The notes beneath the pieces are model-generated. The model was not told the DNA's origin. It did not search any database and worked only from the letters and a program-made list of their open reading frames with translations. From positions 21,504,001 through 21,568,000 of the forward strand of contig CP086569.2 of NCBI GenBank assembly GCA_009914755.4: a stretch of DNA of 64,000 bases, read 5' to 3'. This document shows positions 39,691 to 52,860 of the stretch, piece by piece. The first letter of the stretch is position 1, and the number at the start of each line of letters is the position of its first letter. The stretch comes from the human T2T-CHM13v2.0 reference genome, Homo sapiens. The translations under genes and the position numbers were made by a program.

Positions 39691-40518
39691 ATGAAAGGAC
39701 CTAATTTGGGCCATGCCCCTTTGCCACAGAAAGACCTCTTCTCCTTCTTGGGGCTTGCAGGCTACTTCTGGCTGTGGATTTCCAACATTTGCCTGCTGAC
39801 CAAGCCACTTTACACAGCTTTACATGGTCCCATTTTGGAATCCCTAAATTCAGCTTGTCCCATCAATTCCCACTTAAAAAAACTAAAAAATGTCCTTTTA
39901 ATGGCTCTGACACTGGGACTGCCAAACCCCACCAAGCCCTTTATTCTGCATGTACATTCTAACCAAGGCCTTGCTCTTGGATTACTCTGCCAAACATACA
40001 GCAACTCCCCACAAGCCATTGCATACCTCTTAAAACAGCTGGACTCTGTCATTCAAGGCTGGCCACCCTGCTTAAAAATCTTGGTTGTGGACATATTGCG
40101 GGCCTCAGAGGCTGAGAAACTCACACTCCACCAATACATTAGTATTGCATCTTCCCATAACCTACAGAATCTCATAAGCCATCAATATCTTCTATCCCTG
40201 CCACCTACCCACTTACAACAGGTCCATGCCTTATTTATAGGAAACCCTCTAATCACCTTCCAGAGATATAAAGCTTTTAACCCAGACACCCTCTTCCCTG
40301 TAGACACCTCTGACTCTAAGCTCTCTCATACCTGCCTGGAACTCTCAAATTCTTCTTCCCTCTCTTCCCACTTCCAACACATTTTGGGAGCCCCTTTACA
40401 AGGAACACCTACATGGTTCATTAACAGAAACTCTTTTCAAGAGCCATGTCCAGCTTTATCCCACTTTATCACCCAAAGACTAAACACTCTCCCAAGTAAC
40501 CAGCCAGAAACACATTGA
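39691..40518 (+). CDS. intact 275-aa ORF in retroviral pol (RT thumb/connection region) of the HERV-F/H-like provirus
   Basis: FLGLAGYFWLWISNICLLTKPLYTAL…LTLGLPNPTKPFILHV…SPQAIAYLLKQLDSVIQGWPPCLKILVV aligns to MLV [29 protein letters not shown]…ALGLPDLTKPFELFV…[26 protein letters not shown]. No stop codon for 828 nt. Confidence 0.75.
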   Translation: MKGPNLGHAPLPQKDLFSFLGLAGYFWLWISNICLLTKPLYTALHGPILESLNSACPINSHLKKLKNVLLMALTLGLPNPTKPFILHVHSNQGLALGLLCQTYSNSPQAIAYLLKQLDSVIQGWPPCLKILVVDILRASEAEKLTLHQYISIASSHNLQNLISHQYLLSLPPTHLQQVHALFIGNPLITFQRYKAFNPDTLFPVDTSDSKLSHTCLELSNSSSLSSHFQHILGAPLQGTPTWFINRNSFQEPCPALSHFITQRLNTLPSNQPETH

Positions 40519-40687
40519 TACCATTCTTCTCCTCTGCCAGGTCTGGTATCAGTGCCTCCAGGAAAGCAACTCTGAAGCTGAACACCCACTGCTTCAAAAC
40601 CCAACTATGAGTACATGGCCCCTATTCAGCTGTAAAAGACAGATACTCAACAATGACCCCCTTCATTCTTAAACTAAAAGGCAAGAA

Positions 40688-41211
40688 TGTTAGTCCAAAC
40701 TGCAACATTTTGTAAGCTCCCTTCCTTCTTGCAGACTTTGCAAGAATATTAGTCCCAACTGCACCATTATGTAAGTAAGCTTCCTGCTATTGTGCAGACC
40801 TTGGCCAAAATGAAACATTTCATGGGGTTTCAGGCCATGAGAAACATCCTGATTAACTACCTGACCACAAGGCAGACAAAGGTCCAACTAAAGAACCATC
40901 CCTGTCATATCTTGCTGGGCAAAGTTCCAAGGAATACCACAATGTCATCCCACTGGAACAAGGACCAGAACCACCTCACCATGGGAATATTTTATCAATA
41001 TCCTGCCAGTAGCAAGCCATGCTGCCGAGAACCCTCCCACGCATAGCTGTAAGTAACCCCCACCTGTAAGCAACAGTGAGCTCTGGCATTAGGCTTGTCC
41101 CCTATTTCTGTAGGTTTTATGCTGGACATAAATCCTGCATTTGCTGTTGAGCCATCCTCTTTCTGTGTATGTGTCTCTCTTTAACCATCACTTTCCCTTC
41201 AAAACTCAACA
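40688..41211 (+). mobile_element. 3' LTR of HERV-F/H-like provirus (with ~57-bp internal tandem duplication)
   Basis: Homologous to 35437-35897. The first ~57 bp (tgttagtccaaactgcaacattttgtaagctccc…) is repeated at 40746-40803 (tattagtcccaactgcaccattatgtaagtaagc…). Ends …aactcaaca, then the Alu resumes. Confidence 0.7.
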
Positions 41212-41340
41212 CTGCTACTCAGAAGGCTGAGGTGGGATGGTTACTTGAATTCAGGAGGCTGAGACTGCAGTGGTTCATGATGACAACATGAACTTCAGCC
41301 TGGGTAAAATAACAAGACTCTATCTCAAGTAAATAAAATA
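41212..41340 (+). mobile_element. Alu, right part of the Alu split by the ERV insertion
   Basis: ctgctactcagaaggctgaggtgggatggttacttgaattcaggaggctgagactgcagtg…agcctgggtaaaataacaagactctatctcaa plus an A-rich tail. Confidence 0.75.
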
Positions 41341-44300
41341 AATAAATGAAATGAAAATGAAAATAAAATTCTGTTATTTGCAACAATAGAGATTAACCTG
41401 GACATTTCTTCAGTTAAATAAAAATTAGGCAGAGAAAGGCAATTACTTCATAATCTCACTGCTTTGTGTAATCTGAGAAAACTAAATTCATAAAACGAGA
41501 GTATAATACTGGTTACCAAGAAGGAGAAATCATGAGGAGAGATTCCTGTCAAAGATTACAACATTTTGGATGCATAGAATAAACAAACTTAAGACATCTG
41601 TTGTATAAGCATGACTGTACTTAGTAATATATTCCTGAAAATTGCTGAAAGTAGATAAATATAGGAAGCAATGCATATGACAATTAGTTCTATGTAGCCA
41701 TGTACAACGTACAGTAATTACTATCTCAAATGTATTTCCAGAATATAATTTTGTACACAATACATATATGTAATTTTTCTTAGTCAATTAAAGCCCATAA
41801 CAGTAATTTAAATTAAAAAAAAACCTCAGTGGAATGAGGTTATTTTTGCATCTAAAGCAAGAACTAAAGTTGGTGAGTTTTTCAAATGCATGTGGGACTA
41901 CTCTCTCAAAATGATCATCCTTCACCTTTCATTTGGGGTTTTCTAAGAATTCCTGATTTCTGAGGCTCCCAGAAAGTTATTTTTTTGACAGATACGTTGT
42001 AAAATTATTATTGCTCTAAGGAGATACAGGCAGGAGACCTTGTATTCTGTCATCTTGTTTATGTCACTTTTACATTCTTCTAGTTTTAAGGACAATTTTA
42101 TCAAATATGGTATTCTTGCTTAGCATTAGTATTTTCTCTTAGTGTTTTAACTATATCATCCAATACCCTTTTCAGCTGCAAAGTTTTGCTGAGACATAAA
42201 CTGGTAATGTTTTAAAAATTCATTGTATGTAAAGAGCCTCTGTTCTCTTGGTGCTTTCAACAGTTTTTGTGTGTGGTTTTTCAAAATTTAATTATAATGT
42301 GTATCAATTTGCGTCTCTGGATTTATTCTAGTAGGTGCTATTTGAGCTTCTTGAGACTTTATATCCATTTATTTTATCACATTTGGGACATTTTCAGGCA
42401 TTCTTTTTTAAAAGTTAAAGCCTTCTTCTTCAACTCAGGCTGCAGTGCATTGGCATAAATATTGGGGCTGCATCTTCAAATTCCTAGGCTCATGCAGTCC
42501 TCACACTCAGCTATTTGAGTAGCTGAGAATGTGGGCCTCTCCCTCCATATCTATTTTTATTTTTTTAAATGAGGCCCTGCTATATTGCAAATGCTGATCT
42601 CAAACTCCTAGCTTCAAGCAGCTCTCCCATTTCAGCCTTCAACTCCGTGTGTTGACAGGATTGAGTGTCTATGCTCAAGTCCTGTTTTTTCAAAAAAATC
42701 TCAGCTTTTTCTATTTTCCTTTTGGAAGTACTACAATGTATACATTGGTTCTATTTGATTATGTCTCATAAATACTTCAAGCTCTCTTTATTTGTAATTA
42801 TTTTTTTTCTCTTCTGAGTCTATATTTTAAATGGCCTGTTTCAAATTTTATTGATTGTCTGTTTGATGAAATTGGCTGTTGAACTGCCCTAGAATTTATT
42901 TTTTATTAATTATTATTATTATTTTTCGAGATGGAGTCTTACTCTGTTGTTCAGGCTGGGGTTCAGTGGCACAATCTTGGCTCACTGCAACCTCCTCCTC
43001 CTGGGTTCACATGATTCTCCTTCCTCAGCCTCCCGAGTAGCTGGGACTACAGGAATGCATCAACATGCCCAGCTAGTTTTTGTATTTTTTAGTAGAGACA
43101 GGTTTCACAATATTACAGGCTAGTCTTGAACTCCTGACCTCGTGATCCACACACCTTGGGCTCCCAACATGCTGGGATCACAGGTGTGAACCACCATGCC
43201 TGGCCTCTAGAAATTTTTTTAAATTCAGTTGTTGACATCTTTATCTCATCTAATTTTTAAATAGGTTTTATTTATGTATGAATATTCTTATATTCAAATA
43301 TCTTTTTTACTTCACTTTTTTCTGTGTTTTTAAGCTTATTCCCCCTTAACTGACTTTTTTGAAGTCCTTGCCAAGTAATGTGTAGATTTTCCATTTTTAA
43401 GGTTGATTATTAAAATTTATTTTACAAATAAATTTCATGACAAAGAAGCAGTTTCTGCTTTTTTTGTATGCCTGTAATCTTTGTCAAGACTCAGGCATTA
43501 GGAAAAAAAGCCACCTCCTCTAGTCTTCACAAATTTTCCCTGTGCAGGAAAAAGCCATCATTAACCAGCCCATCTACAGATTTTGAAGATTTTTTCAAAC
43601 TTTTCAAAGGAATGCATCTTCTCTATGTTTGTGTATTTCCAGTTAAAGAGGGATGCCCAAATTTTATTCTTGGGAACCTGTAGCATTATTATTTCTCTGA
43701 ATTTTGTTCATGGTACTATAGTTTTCTCAGTATCTGCCATATCATGGGATCTATTGTTCTTGGCAGTACCCAAACTGTCTTTCAAACCTTGCCACTGTCC
43801 CATTTGCTATCTTTGGGAAACAGAGATATAAACTATTCCTTAGGAGAGTCTCAGCAAGCTAGAACACTGCAAACACATTTGATTTTTATTATTAAAAATT
43901 AAGAGATACATCTTTGCTAATATGAGGGAGAAAGCCAACAGACATGTGCAGAAAATACAGAAATCTTCAATAAAATTTTACCCAAAGGGAAAAAAATTAT
44001 AAAGATAGACAATAATCAAACTGTCAAAAACTTAGGTCAAAGAAAAACTTCTTAGATCTACAAGAAATAACAAGTATGTCACATATAAAGAAGTCCCAAT
44101 ATGACTATCAACAGACCTCTTTGTAGAAATCCTACAAGTCAGGAGACTTGCATAACATACTCAAAGTGCTGAAAGAAAAAATGAGGAAAACTACCCTTTT
44201 AGAAATGAGGGGAAAATGAAAACATTGTAATGCAAACAAAACTGAAAGACTTAATCACCACTAGGCCTGCCTTCCTGTAATTGTAGCTGTAATGATTAGG

Positions 44301-45747
44301 CTAAACATAATTTTATCTTTAGTTCAAGGTTAAAGGGGAAAATTACTTATAACTATAGCTAAAATATATTATCAAAGGATGTGTATTACAAAATAATGTA
44401 AGTATAGACATCAAATATATTAAAAATGGGTAAAGTAAAAGATAGCATTGTTAAATGGAGTCAAACTTAAGTTGTTATCAACTTGAAATAGAATGTTGTA
44501 GATAAAAGTTGTTCTAAGAAAGCTTTATGATAACCAAATAAAATATCTACTGAAAATTCAGGAAACAAAAGTTTAAAAACATTCAAAATTTATACTACAG
44601 GAAATTAACACCACAAAAAAAGCAAGAGAGAAAGAAAGAAACAGTTTATCTGCAAATAACAGAAAACAACTAAATGGCAGAAGTCTTTATGTATCAATAA
44701 TTACTCTGATGTAATGGAACAAAATGTCAAACAAAAAATACAGCAAATCAATGAATAAAAAATAAAACCAAATCACATACTGCTTATAAGAAACTCAATT
44801 CACTTTTAAAAACACACATAGACTGAAAGTGAAACTATGAAAAAAGAAAATGGAAACCAACAGAAAATGGTTTCCAAAAAGAAGTCAACAAACAGCAGGA
44901 ATAATTATGCTTATATCAGATAGAATGTATTTTTATCCAAAACAGTAGAAAGAAACAGAAGGAGCAGTATATGATGATACAAAGTAATTAAGGTAATATT
45001 AAAATTATAAATATATATTTATACATGACATTTGTATATAACATTAAAGCACCTAAATATAAATAGTAAATATTTAAAACCTGGGAAACTTCTGGCTGAC
45101 AACTGTGAATGCAGCTTCAATATGGGAAAGGGGAAGATAGTGTCCATCTGTAATCCACCTTTCCACTGGATAACTGTGAAAATCACCTGAAGAGAACCTT
45201 GTTTTTCTCAAAACCTGGAGGTCACTTGGGGGGTGGCTGAAAAACTGTGAGAAGGAAAACCCTGGGAAAGGGCCTAGAAATACTTCCAAAACAAGGACCC
45301 AATAGAAGGGTGTCATTTTCAACCCTGACTTGTACTAATCTTAGTGAGATTTGTCAACTTACCAACAGATGCTGCTGTGGGCATTACAAGAGTCTTGAGT
45401 CAGAGATTGGACTGTTGGGTCTCAAGCAGGGATGAAACCCCATAGAAAAAACTCAGTGGCAACTGTGAAGTGCACTGCAGAATTAGCATTGGAGATGGGC
45501 TCCTGTTGCTTCATGAGATCAGAATGGAAAAAGATTTGCTAGAGAGCCTTGGTTTTTCCCAAAAAACAAATCACTGTGGGTGATGATGAATATGAGATAT
45601 AAACCCAATCTTCATGTGACTTTACTGAATATCCAGCTCACACTTCTCTTGGACCCCCTCTTCAGAGCTGACCCTTATACTCACCAATAGGGGGCCTAGT
45701 GTATGATTTAAAAACATGAACAAACTGTAATCTCACATTACTGCTCT
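41341..45747. mobile_element. mosaic of old L1 (L1M-class) fragments in mixed orientation plus Alus
   Basis: L1 ORF1/ORF2-like sense sequence at 43900-45050 (…KANRHVQKIQKSS…). L1-like antisense segments at 41880-43870. Alu(-) at 42925-43205 and an Alu-like (-) fragment at 42425-42660. Assignments are low resolution. Confidence 0.4.
42925..43205 (-). mobile_element. Alu, antisense
   Basis: ttttcgagatggagtcttactctgttgttcaggctgg…cacaggtgtgaaccaccatgcctggcc. Confidence 0.85.
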
Positions 45748-47973
45748 GTTCTAAGATGCAAATAGGAACAGCTCCCATCTGCAGCTCCCAGGGTGATCAA
45801 CGCAGATTATGGGTGATTTCTGCATTTCAAACTGAGATACCCAGTTCATCTCATTGGGACTGATTGGACAGTGGGTGCAGCCCACATAGGTGAACCCAAA
45901 GCAGGTTGGGGCACCGCCAAACTCAGGAAGCACAAGGGGTCAGTGGACTTCCCTTGACCATGTCATATTATACCTGGAAAAATGGGACACTTCTGCCAAA
46001 ATACTGCACTTTTCCCATGGTCTAAACAATGGGAGATTCTCTCCCATGCCTGGCTTAGCAGGTTCCAAACCCACAGAGCCTTGCTCACTACTAGCAAAGC
46101 AATCAGAGAGCAACCTGCAAAGCGCACCATGGTGGGGGAAGGGGCATCCGCCATTGCTGAGGCTTGAGTAGGTAAACAAAGTGGCTGGGAAGTTCAAACT
46201 AGACAGAACCCACCACAGCTCAGCAAGGACTGCCTCTGTAGACTCCACCTCTGTGGGCAGGGCATAGCTGAACAAAAGGCAGCAGAAACCTCTGCAGACT
46301 TAAACATCACCATCTGACAACTCTGAAGAGACCGGTGGTTCTTCCAGCATGGTATATGAGCTCTGAGAATGACAGACTGCCTCTTCAAGTGGGTCCCGGA
46401 CCCCCACGTAGCCTAACTAGGAGACATCACTGAGTAGGGGCTGACAGACACCTCAAACAGGGAGATGATCCTCTGGGATGAAGCTTCCAGAGGAATAATC
46501 AGGGAGCAATATTTGCTGTTCCATAGTATTTGCTGTGCTGCATCCTCCACTGGTGATACCCAGGGAAACAGGGTCTGGAGAAGGCCTCCAGCAAACTCCA
46601 ACAGACCTGCAGCTGAGGGACCTGACTATTAGAAGGAAAACTAACAAACACAAAGGAATAGCATCAACATCAACAAAAAGGACATCCAAAAGAAAACCCC
46701 ATCTGTAGGTCACCAGTATCAAAGACTAAAAGGAGATAAAACCAGAAAGATGGGGAGAAACCAGAGCAGAAAAGATGAAAATTCTAAAAACCAGAGTGCC
46801 TCTTCTACAAAGAATTGTAGCAATGGAACAAAGCTGGATGGAGAATGACTTTGACAAGCTTACAGAAGTAGGCTTCAGAAGGTCAGCAATAACAAACTTC
46901 TCTGAGCTAAAGGAGCTTGTTCTAACCCATCGCAAGGAAAATAAAAACCTTAAAAAAAGGTTAGATGAATGGCTAACTAGAATAAACAGTGTATAGAATG
47001 ATCTGATGGAGCTAAAAATCATGGCAGAGAACTTTGTGATGCAAGCACAAGATTCAACAGCCAATTCAATCAAGTGGAAGAAAGGATATCAATGATTGAA
47101 GACCAAATTAATGAAATAAAATGAGAAGACAAGATTAGAGAAAACAGAGTAAAAAGAAACAAAGCCTCCAAGAAATATGGGACAATGTGAAAAGGCCAAA
47201 TATATGTTTGATTGGTGTAACTGAAAGTGATGGAGAGAATGCAACCAACTGGGAAAATACTCTTCAGGATATTATCCAGGAGAATGTCCAACCTAGCAAG
47301 GCAGGCCAACTTTCAAATTCAAGATATACAGAGAACACCACAAAGACACTCCTTGAGAATAGCAACCCCAAGATATAGAATTTTCAGGTTCCCCAAAGTT
47401 GAAATGAAAAATTAAATCAAGAGGAGCGAGAGAGAAAGGTCGCATTACCCACAAAGGAAAACCCATTGGAATAACAGCTGATCTATTGGAAGAAACATTA
47501 CAAGTCAGAAGACTGGGGGCCAATATTCAGCATTCTTAAAGAAAAGAATTTTCAACCCAGAATTTCATATCTAGCCAAACTAATCTTCATAAATGAAGTA
47601 GAAATAAAATCCTTTACAGAAAAGCAAATTCTGAGAGATTTTGTCACCACCAGGCCTACCTTACAAGAGCTCCTGAAGAAAGCACTAAACATGGAAAGAA
47701 ACAACCAGTACCAGCCACTGCAAAAACATGCTATATTGTAAAGTCCACTGATGCTATGAAAAAACCGCATCAATTAACGGGCAAAAATACCAGCTTACAT
47801 CATAATGATGGGATCAAATTCACACATAAAAATATTAACTTTAAATGTAAATGGCCTAAATGCCCAAACTAAAAGACACAGACTGGCAAATTGGATAGAG
47901 TCAAGCCCCATCAGTGTGCTGTATTCAGGAGACCCACCTCACGTGCAGAGACACATAGGCTCAAAATAAAGGA

Positions 47974-48849
47974 ATGGAGGAAGATCTACCAAACAAATGG
48001 AAAACAGAAAAAAAAAAAGCAGAGGTTGCAATCCTAATCTCTGATAAAACAGACTCTAAACCAAAAAAGATCACAAGAGACAAAGAAGGCCATTACATAA
48101 TGGCAAAGGGATCAATTCAACAAGAAGAGCTAGCTATCCTAAATATATATGCACTCAATACAGGAGCACCCAGATTCATAAAGCAAGCCCTTAAAGACCT
48201 ACAAAGAGACTTAGATTCCCACACAATAATAATGGGAGACTTTAACACCCCACCATCAATATTAGAAAGATCAACAAGACAGAAAGTTAACAGGGATATC
48301 CAGGACTTGAACTCAGCTCTGCACCAAGCAGACCTAATAGACATCAGCAGAATCCTCCACCCCAAATCAACAGAATATACATTCTTCTCTGCACCACATT
48401 GTACTTATTCTAAAATTGCCCACAAAATTGGAAGTAAAGCACTCCTCAGCAAATATAAAAGAACAGAAATCACAACAAACTATCTCTCAGACCACAGGGC
48501 AAGCAAATTAGAACTGAGGATTAAGAAACTCACACAAAACCACACAAATACATGGAAACTGAATAACCTGCTCCTCTATGACTACTGGGTAAATAACGAA
48601 ATGAAGGCAGAAATAAAGATGTTCTTTGAATCCAATGAGAAAAAGGACAGAATGTACCAGAATCTCTGGGACATATTTAAAGCAGTGTGTAGAGGAAAAC
48701 TTATAGTAGTAAATGTCCACAAAAGAAAGAAGGAAAGATGTAAAATCGACACACTAATATCACCATTAAAAGAACTAGAGAAGCAACAGCAAACAAATTC
48801 AAAAGCTAGCAGAAGACAAGAAATAACTAAGATCAAAGCAAAACTGTAG
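47974..48849 (+). pseudogene. L1 ORF2 endonuclease/Z-domain fragment (291-aa ORF)
   Basis: …[37 protein letters not shown]…[15 protein letters not shown]…. Confidence 0.85.
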
Positions 48850-49891
48850 GAGATAGAGACATAAAAAATCCTTAAAAAAAAAATGAATCCAGGAGCTGCT
48901 TTTTTGAAAAGTTCAACAAAATTGATAGACCACTAGCAAAACTAATAAAGAAGAAAAGAGAGAAGAGTCAAGTAGATGCAATAAAAAATGATAAACAGGA
49001 TATCAGCACCAATCCTACAGAAATCCAAACTACCATAGAGAATACTATAAACACCTCTATGCAAATAAAGTAAAGAATCTAGAAGAAACAGATAAATTCC
49101 TGGACACCTACACCCTCCCAAGACCAAACCAGGAAAGAAGGTGAATCTCTGAATAGACCAATAGCAGGCTCTGAAATTGAGGCAATAATTAAGTGGCCTA
49201 TCAAACAAAAGAAGTCCAAGAGCAGACAGATTCACAGCCAAATTCTACAAGAGGTACAAAGAGGACCTGGCATCATTCCTTCTGAAACTATTCCAATCGA
49301 TAGAAAAAGAGGGAATTCTCCCTAACTCAATTTATGAGGCCAGCATCATCCTGTTACCAAAGCCTGGCTGAGGCACAACAAGAAAAAAGTATTTTAGAAG
49401 AATATCCCTGAAGACCATTGATGTGAAAATCCTGAACAAGATACTAGCAAACCAAATCCAGCTGCACGTCAAAAAGTTTATCCACCATGATCATGTCAGC
49501 TTCATCCCTGGGATGCAAGGCTGGTTCAACATATGCAAATCAATAAACGTAATGCATTTCATAGACAAACCAATGAGAAAAAACACATGATTATCTCAAT
49601 AGATGCAGAAAAGGCCTTTGACAAAATTTCACAGCCGTTCATGCTAAAAATCTCAATAAACTGGGTATTGATGGAATGTATCTCCAAATAATAAGAGCTA
49701 TTTATGACAAACACACAGACAAAATCATACTGAATGGTCAAAAACTGGAAGTATTCCCTTTGAAAGCTGGCACACGACAAGGATGCCTTCTCTCAACACT
49801 CCTATTCAACATAGTGTTAGAAGGTCTAGCCAGGGCAATCAAGCAAGAGAAAGAAATAAAGAGTATTCAATAAGGAACAGAGGAAATCAAA

Positions 49892-50452
49892 TTGTCCCTG
49901 TTTTCAGATGACATGATTGTATATTTAGGAAACCCCATTGTCTCAGCCCAAAATCTCCTTAAGCTGATAAGCAACTTCAGCAAAGTCTCAGGATTCAAAA
50001 TCAATATGCAAAAATCACAAGCATTCCTATACACCAATAACAGACAAACAGAGAGACAAATCATGAGTGAACTCCCATTCACAATTGCTACAAAGAGAAT
50101 AAAATACCTAGGAATCCAACTTAAAAGGGTTGTGAAGGACCTCTTCAAGGAGAACTACAAACCGCTGCTCAATGGAATAAAAGAGGACACAAACAAATGG
50201 AAGAACATTCCATGCTCATGGATAGGAAGAATCAATATCATGAAAATGACCATACTGCCGAAGGTAAATTCTGGATTCAATGCCATTCCCATCCAGCTAC
50301 CAATGAGTTTCTTCATAGAACTGGAAAAAAACTACTTTAAAGTTCAAATGGAACCAAAAAGAGCTTGCATTGCAAAGACAATCCTGAGCAAACAGAACAA
50401 AGCTGGAGTTATCAGGCTACCTGACTTCAAACTATACTACAAGCTACATTAA
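49892..50452 (+). pseudogene. L1 ORF2 RT C-terminal fragment (186-aa ORF)
   Basis: [50 protein letters not shown]… The FADDM motif reads FSDDM here. Confidence 0.85.
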
Positions 50453-51942
50453 TCAAAACAGTATGGTACTTGTACTAAAAGAGATATATAGTCCAATGGA
50501 ACAAAAAAGAGGCCTCAGAAACAACACCACACATCTGCAACCATCTGATCTTTGACATAACTGAATAGAACAAGAAATGGGGAAAGGATTCCCTATTTAA
50601 TAAATGATGCTGTGGTAACTGGCTAGCCATATATAGAAAGCTGAAACTGGATCCCTTCCTTACCCCTTATACAAAAATTAATTCAAGATGGATTAAAGAC
50701 TTAACTATTAGACCTAAAAACATAAAAACCCTAGAATAAAACCTATGCAATACCATTCAGTACATAGGCATGGACAAGGACTTCATGACTAAAACATGAA
50801 AAGCAATGGCAACAAAAGCCAAAATATACAAGTGGGATCTAATTAAACTAAAGACCTTCTGCACAGCAAAAGAAACTACAATCAGAGTGAACAGGCAACC
50901 TACAGAATGGGAGAAAATATTTGCAATCTACCCATCTGACAAAGGATTAATATCCAGGATCTACAAAGAACTTAAACAAATTTACAAGAAAAAAAAACTA
51001 CCTTATCAAAAATTGGGCAAAGGATATGAACAGACACTTTTCAAAAGAAGACACTTATGCATCCAACAGCCACATGAAAAAATGCTCATCCTCACTAGTT
51101 ATCAGAGAAATGCAAATCAAAACCACAATGAGATACCATCTCATGCCAGTTAGAATGGTGATCATTAAAAAGTCAGGAAACAATGGATGCTAGAGAAGAT
51201 GTAGAGGAATAAGAATTTTTTCAGCGTTGGTGGGACTGCAAACAAGTTCAACCATTGTGGAAGACAGTGTGGCGATTCCTCAAGGATCTAGAACTGGAAA
51301 TATCATTTGACGCAGCCATCCCATTACTGGGTATATACCCAAACGATGATAAAGCATGCTGCTATAAAGACACATGAACATGTATGCTTATTGCAGCACT
51401 ATTCACAATAGCAAAGACTTGGAACCAACCCAAATGTCCATCAATGATAGACTGCATTAAGAATTGTGGCCCATATATACCAAGGAATACTATGCAGCCA
51501 TAAGAAAGATGAATCCATGTCCTTTGCAGGAACATATATGCAGCTGGAAACCATCATTCTCAGCAAATCTGTTCTCACTCAGGTGGGAACTGAACAGAAC
51601 ACTTGGACACAGGGCATGGAACATCACATACCAGGGCCTGTCAGGGGGTGGGGGGCCAGGGAAGGGATAGCATTAGGAGAAATACCTAATGTAAATGACA
51701 AGTCGATGAGTGCAGCAAACCAACATGGCACATGTATACCTATGTAACAAACCTACACGTTGTCCACATGTATCCTAGAACTTAAAGTATAATAATAGTA
51801 ATAAAGAAACTCATATTACTAATAAATACACTTATATAGTTAATGCAGAGAACTGGAGAATGGTATCTTCAGAAATGAAAACCAAAACTAGCATAAATAG
51901 CTACAGTTATATGAGATAAAACACACTTCAAATTGGAAACAG

Positions 51943-52045
51943 TTGGCCCAGCACAGTGGCTTGTACTTGTAATTTCAGTGGTTTGGGAAGTCAAGCAGGA
52001 GGTCCATTTGATCCTATGAGTTTGAAACCAGTTTGGGGAAGAGGT
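51943..52045 (+). mobile_element. free left Alu monomer (FLAM)-like Alu fragment
   Basis: gttggcccagcacagtggcttgtacttgtaatttcagtggtttgggaagtcaagcaggaggtccatttgatcctatgagtttgaaaccag. Confidence 0.55.
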
Positions 52046-52129
52046 TCATACAGACCCACTTCTCTACAACCAAACAAAAAATGATTTTAAATTTAGAATT
52101 AAGAGCAGTGAAAATCGAAAAACACAATT

Positions 52130-52399
52130 AGATATTATCTCAAATCATTACTGGATATATACCCAAAGGAAAATAAACATTTGACCAAAAAGACACATAC
52201 TTCTATTTTTATCACAGCAAAGAAATGGAATCAACCTTATCTTCATTAATGGTGGATTGCATAAAGAAATATGATACACATACACAACTCAACACTATGC
52301 AGTCATAAAAAGGAATGAAATTATGCTTTTGTAACATGAATGCAGCTAGGGACCATTATCCTAAGGAAATTAACACAGAAACTGAAAATCAAATATGGC
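52130..52399 (+). mobile_element. old L1 3'-end fragment (sense)
   Basis: tattactggatatatacccaaaggaaaataaacat…atggcatgttctcacttat resembles the L1M/L1PB 3' end region. It is cut off where gag-like sequence starts. Confidence 0.55.
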
Positions 52400-52860
52400 A
52401 TGTTCTCACTTATTTAGGACTCAGGCTGACCTATACTGCCTAGAAGAGCAAGCTCTCTTGGGTATATGTTTTATTACACAATCTGCCCCTGACATTAAAA
52501 AAAAGCTACAAAAAGCCATCATGGGACCTCAAACCTCTATGAGTCAACTGTTAAATGTGGTCTTTAAAGTTTACAACAATAGAGATAAAGTAAAAGATGT
52601 GATAGTAGACCCAGAATTAATAGCTCCAAAGTGCAATTATTAACAAATCCTTTAATCCCTTTTCACCATCAGAGTTATCTACCCTTAGAAAGTACCACAA
52701 GATCAGCCACTGGGATGTCTAGACAGTAGTCCCTGACTCACCATACCCTGGGCCAGGATCACTGGGCCTACTATAAGCAAAAGGGCCTTTGACAATGATA
52801 ATTTCCTAACTGTCCCTGAAAACAGAAAGAGAAAAAATCTCCCTATTACTTCTAGAGCTA
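52400..52860 (+). pseudogene. class I ERV gag (CA C-terminal) fragment, family unassigned
   Basis: ORF 52395-52643 reads …ITQSAPDIKKKLQKAIMGPQTSMSQLLNVVFKVYNNRDK, the gamma-type CA major homology region (resembles MLV FIWQSAPDIGRKLER). Confidence 0.65.

Larger units (their letters stand above)
45748..51830 (+). mobile_element. near full-length L1PA (middle-aged, ~L1PA5-7-like), ORF1 and ORF2 both disrupted
   Basis: Starts aataggaacagctcc (position ~25 of the L1PA 5'UTR consensus) and ends …cttaaagtataataatagtaataaag. ORF1 starts at ATG 46749 (MGRNQSRKDENSKNQSASS) and is frameshifted after ~35 codons. ORF2 starts at ATG 47806 (MMGSNSHIKILTLNVNGLN) and hits a stop after ~55 codons. Long ORF pieces: 47974-48849 (EN/Z, 291 aa) and 49892-50452 (RT C-terminal, 186 aa). 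Confidence 0.85.

Noticed and set aside
39691-40518. 275-aa ORF as a cellular protein-coding gene
   Set aside because: It aligns convincingly to the retroviral RT thumb/connection region and sits between two homologous LTRs, so it is provirus-derived. It is kept as a finding only because of its unusual intactness.
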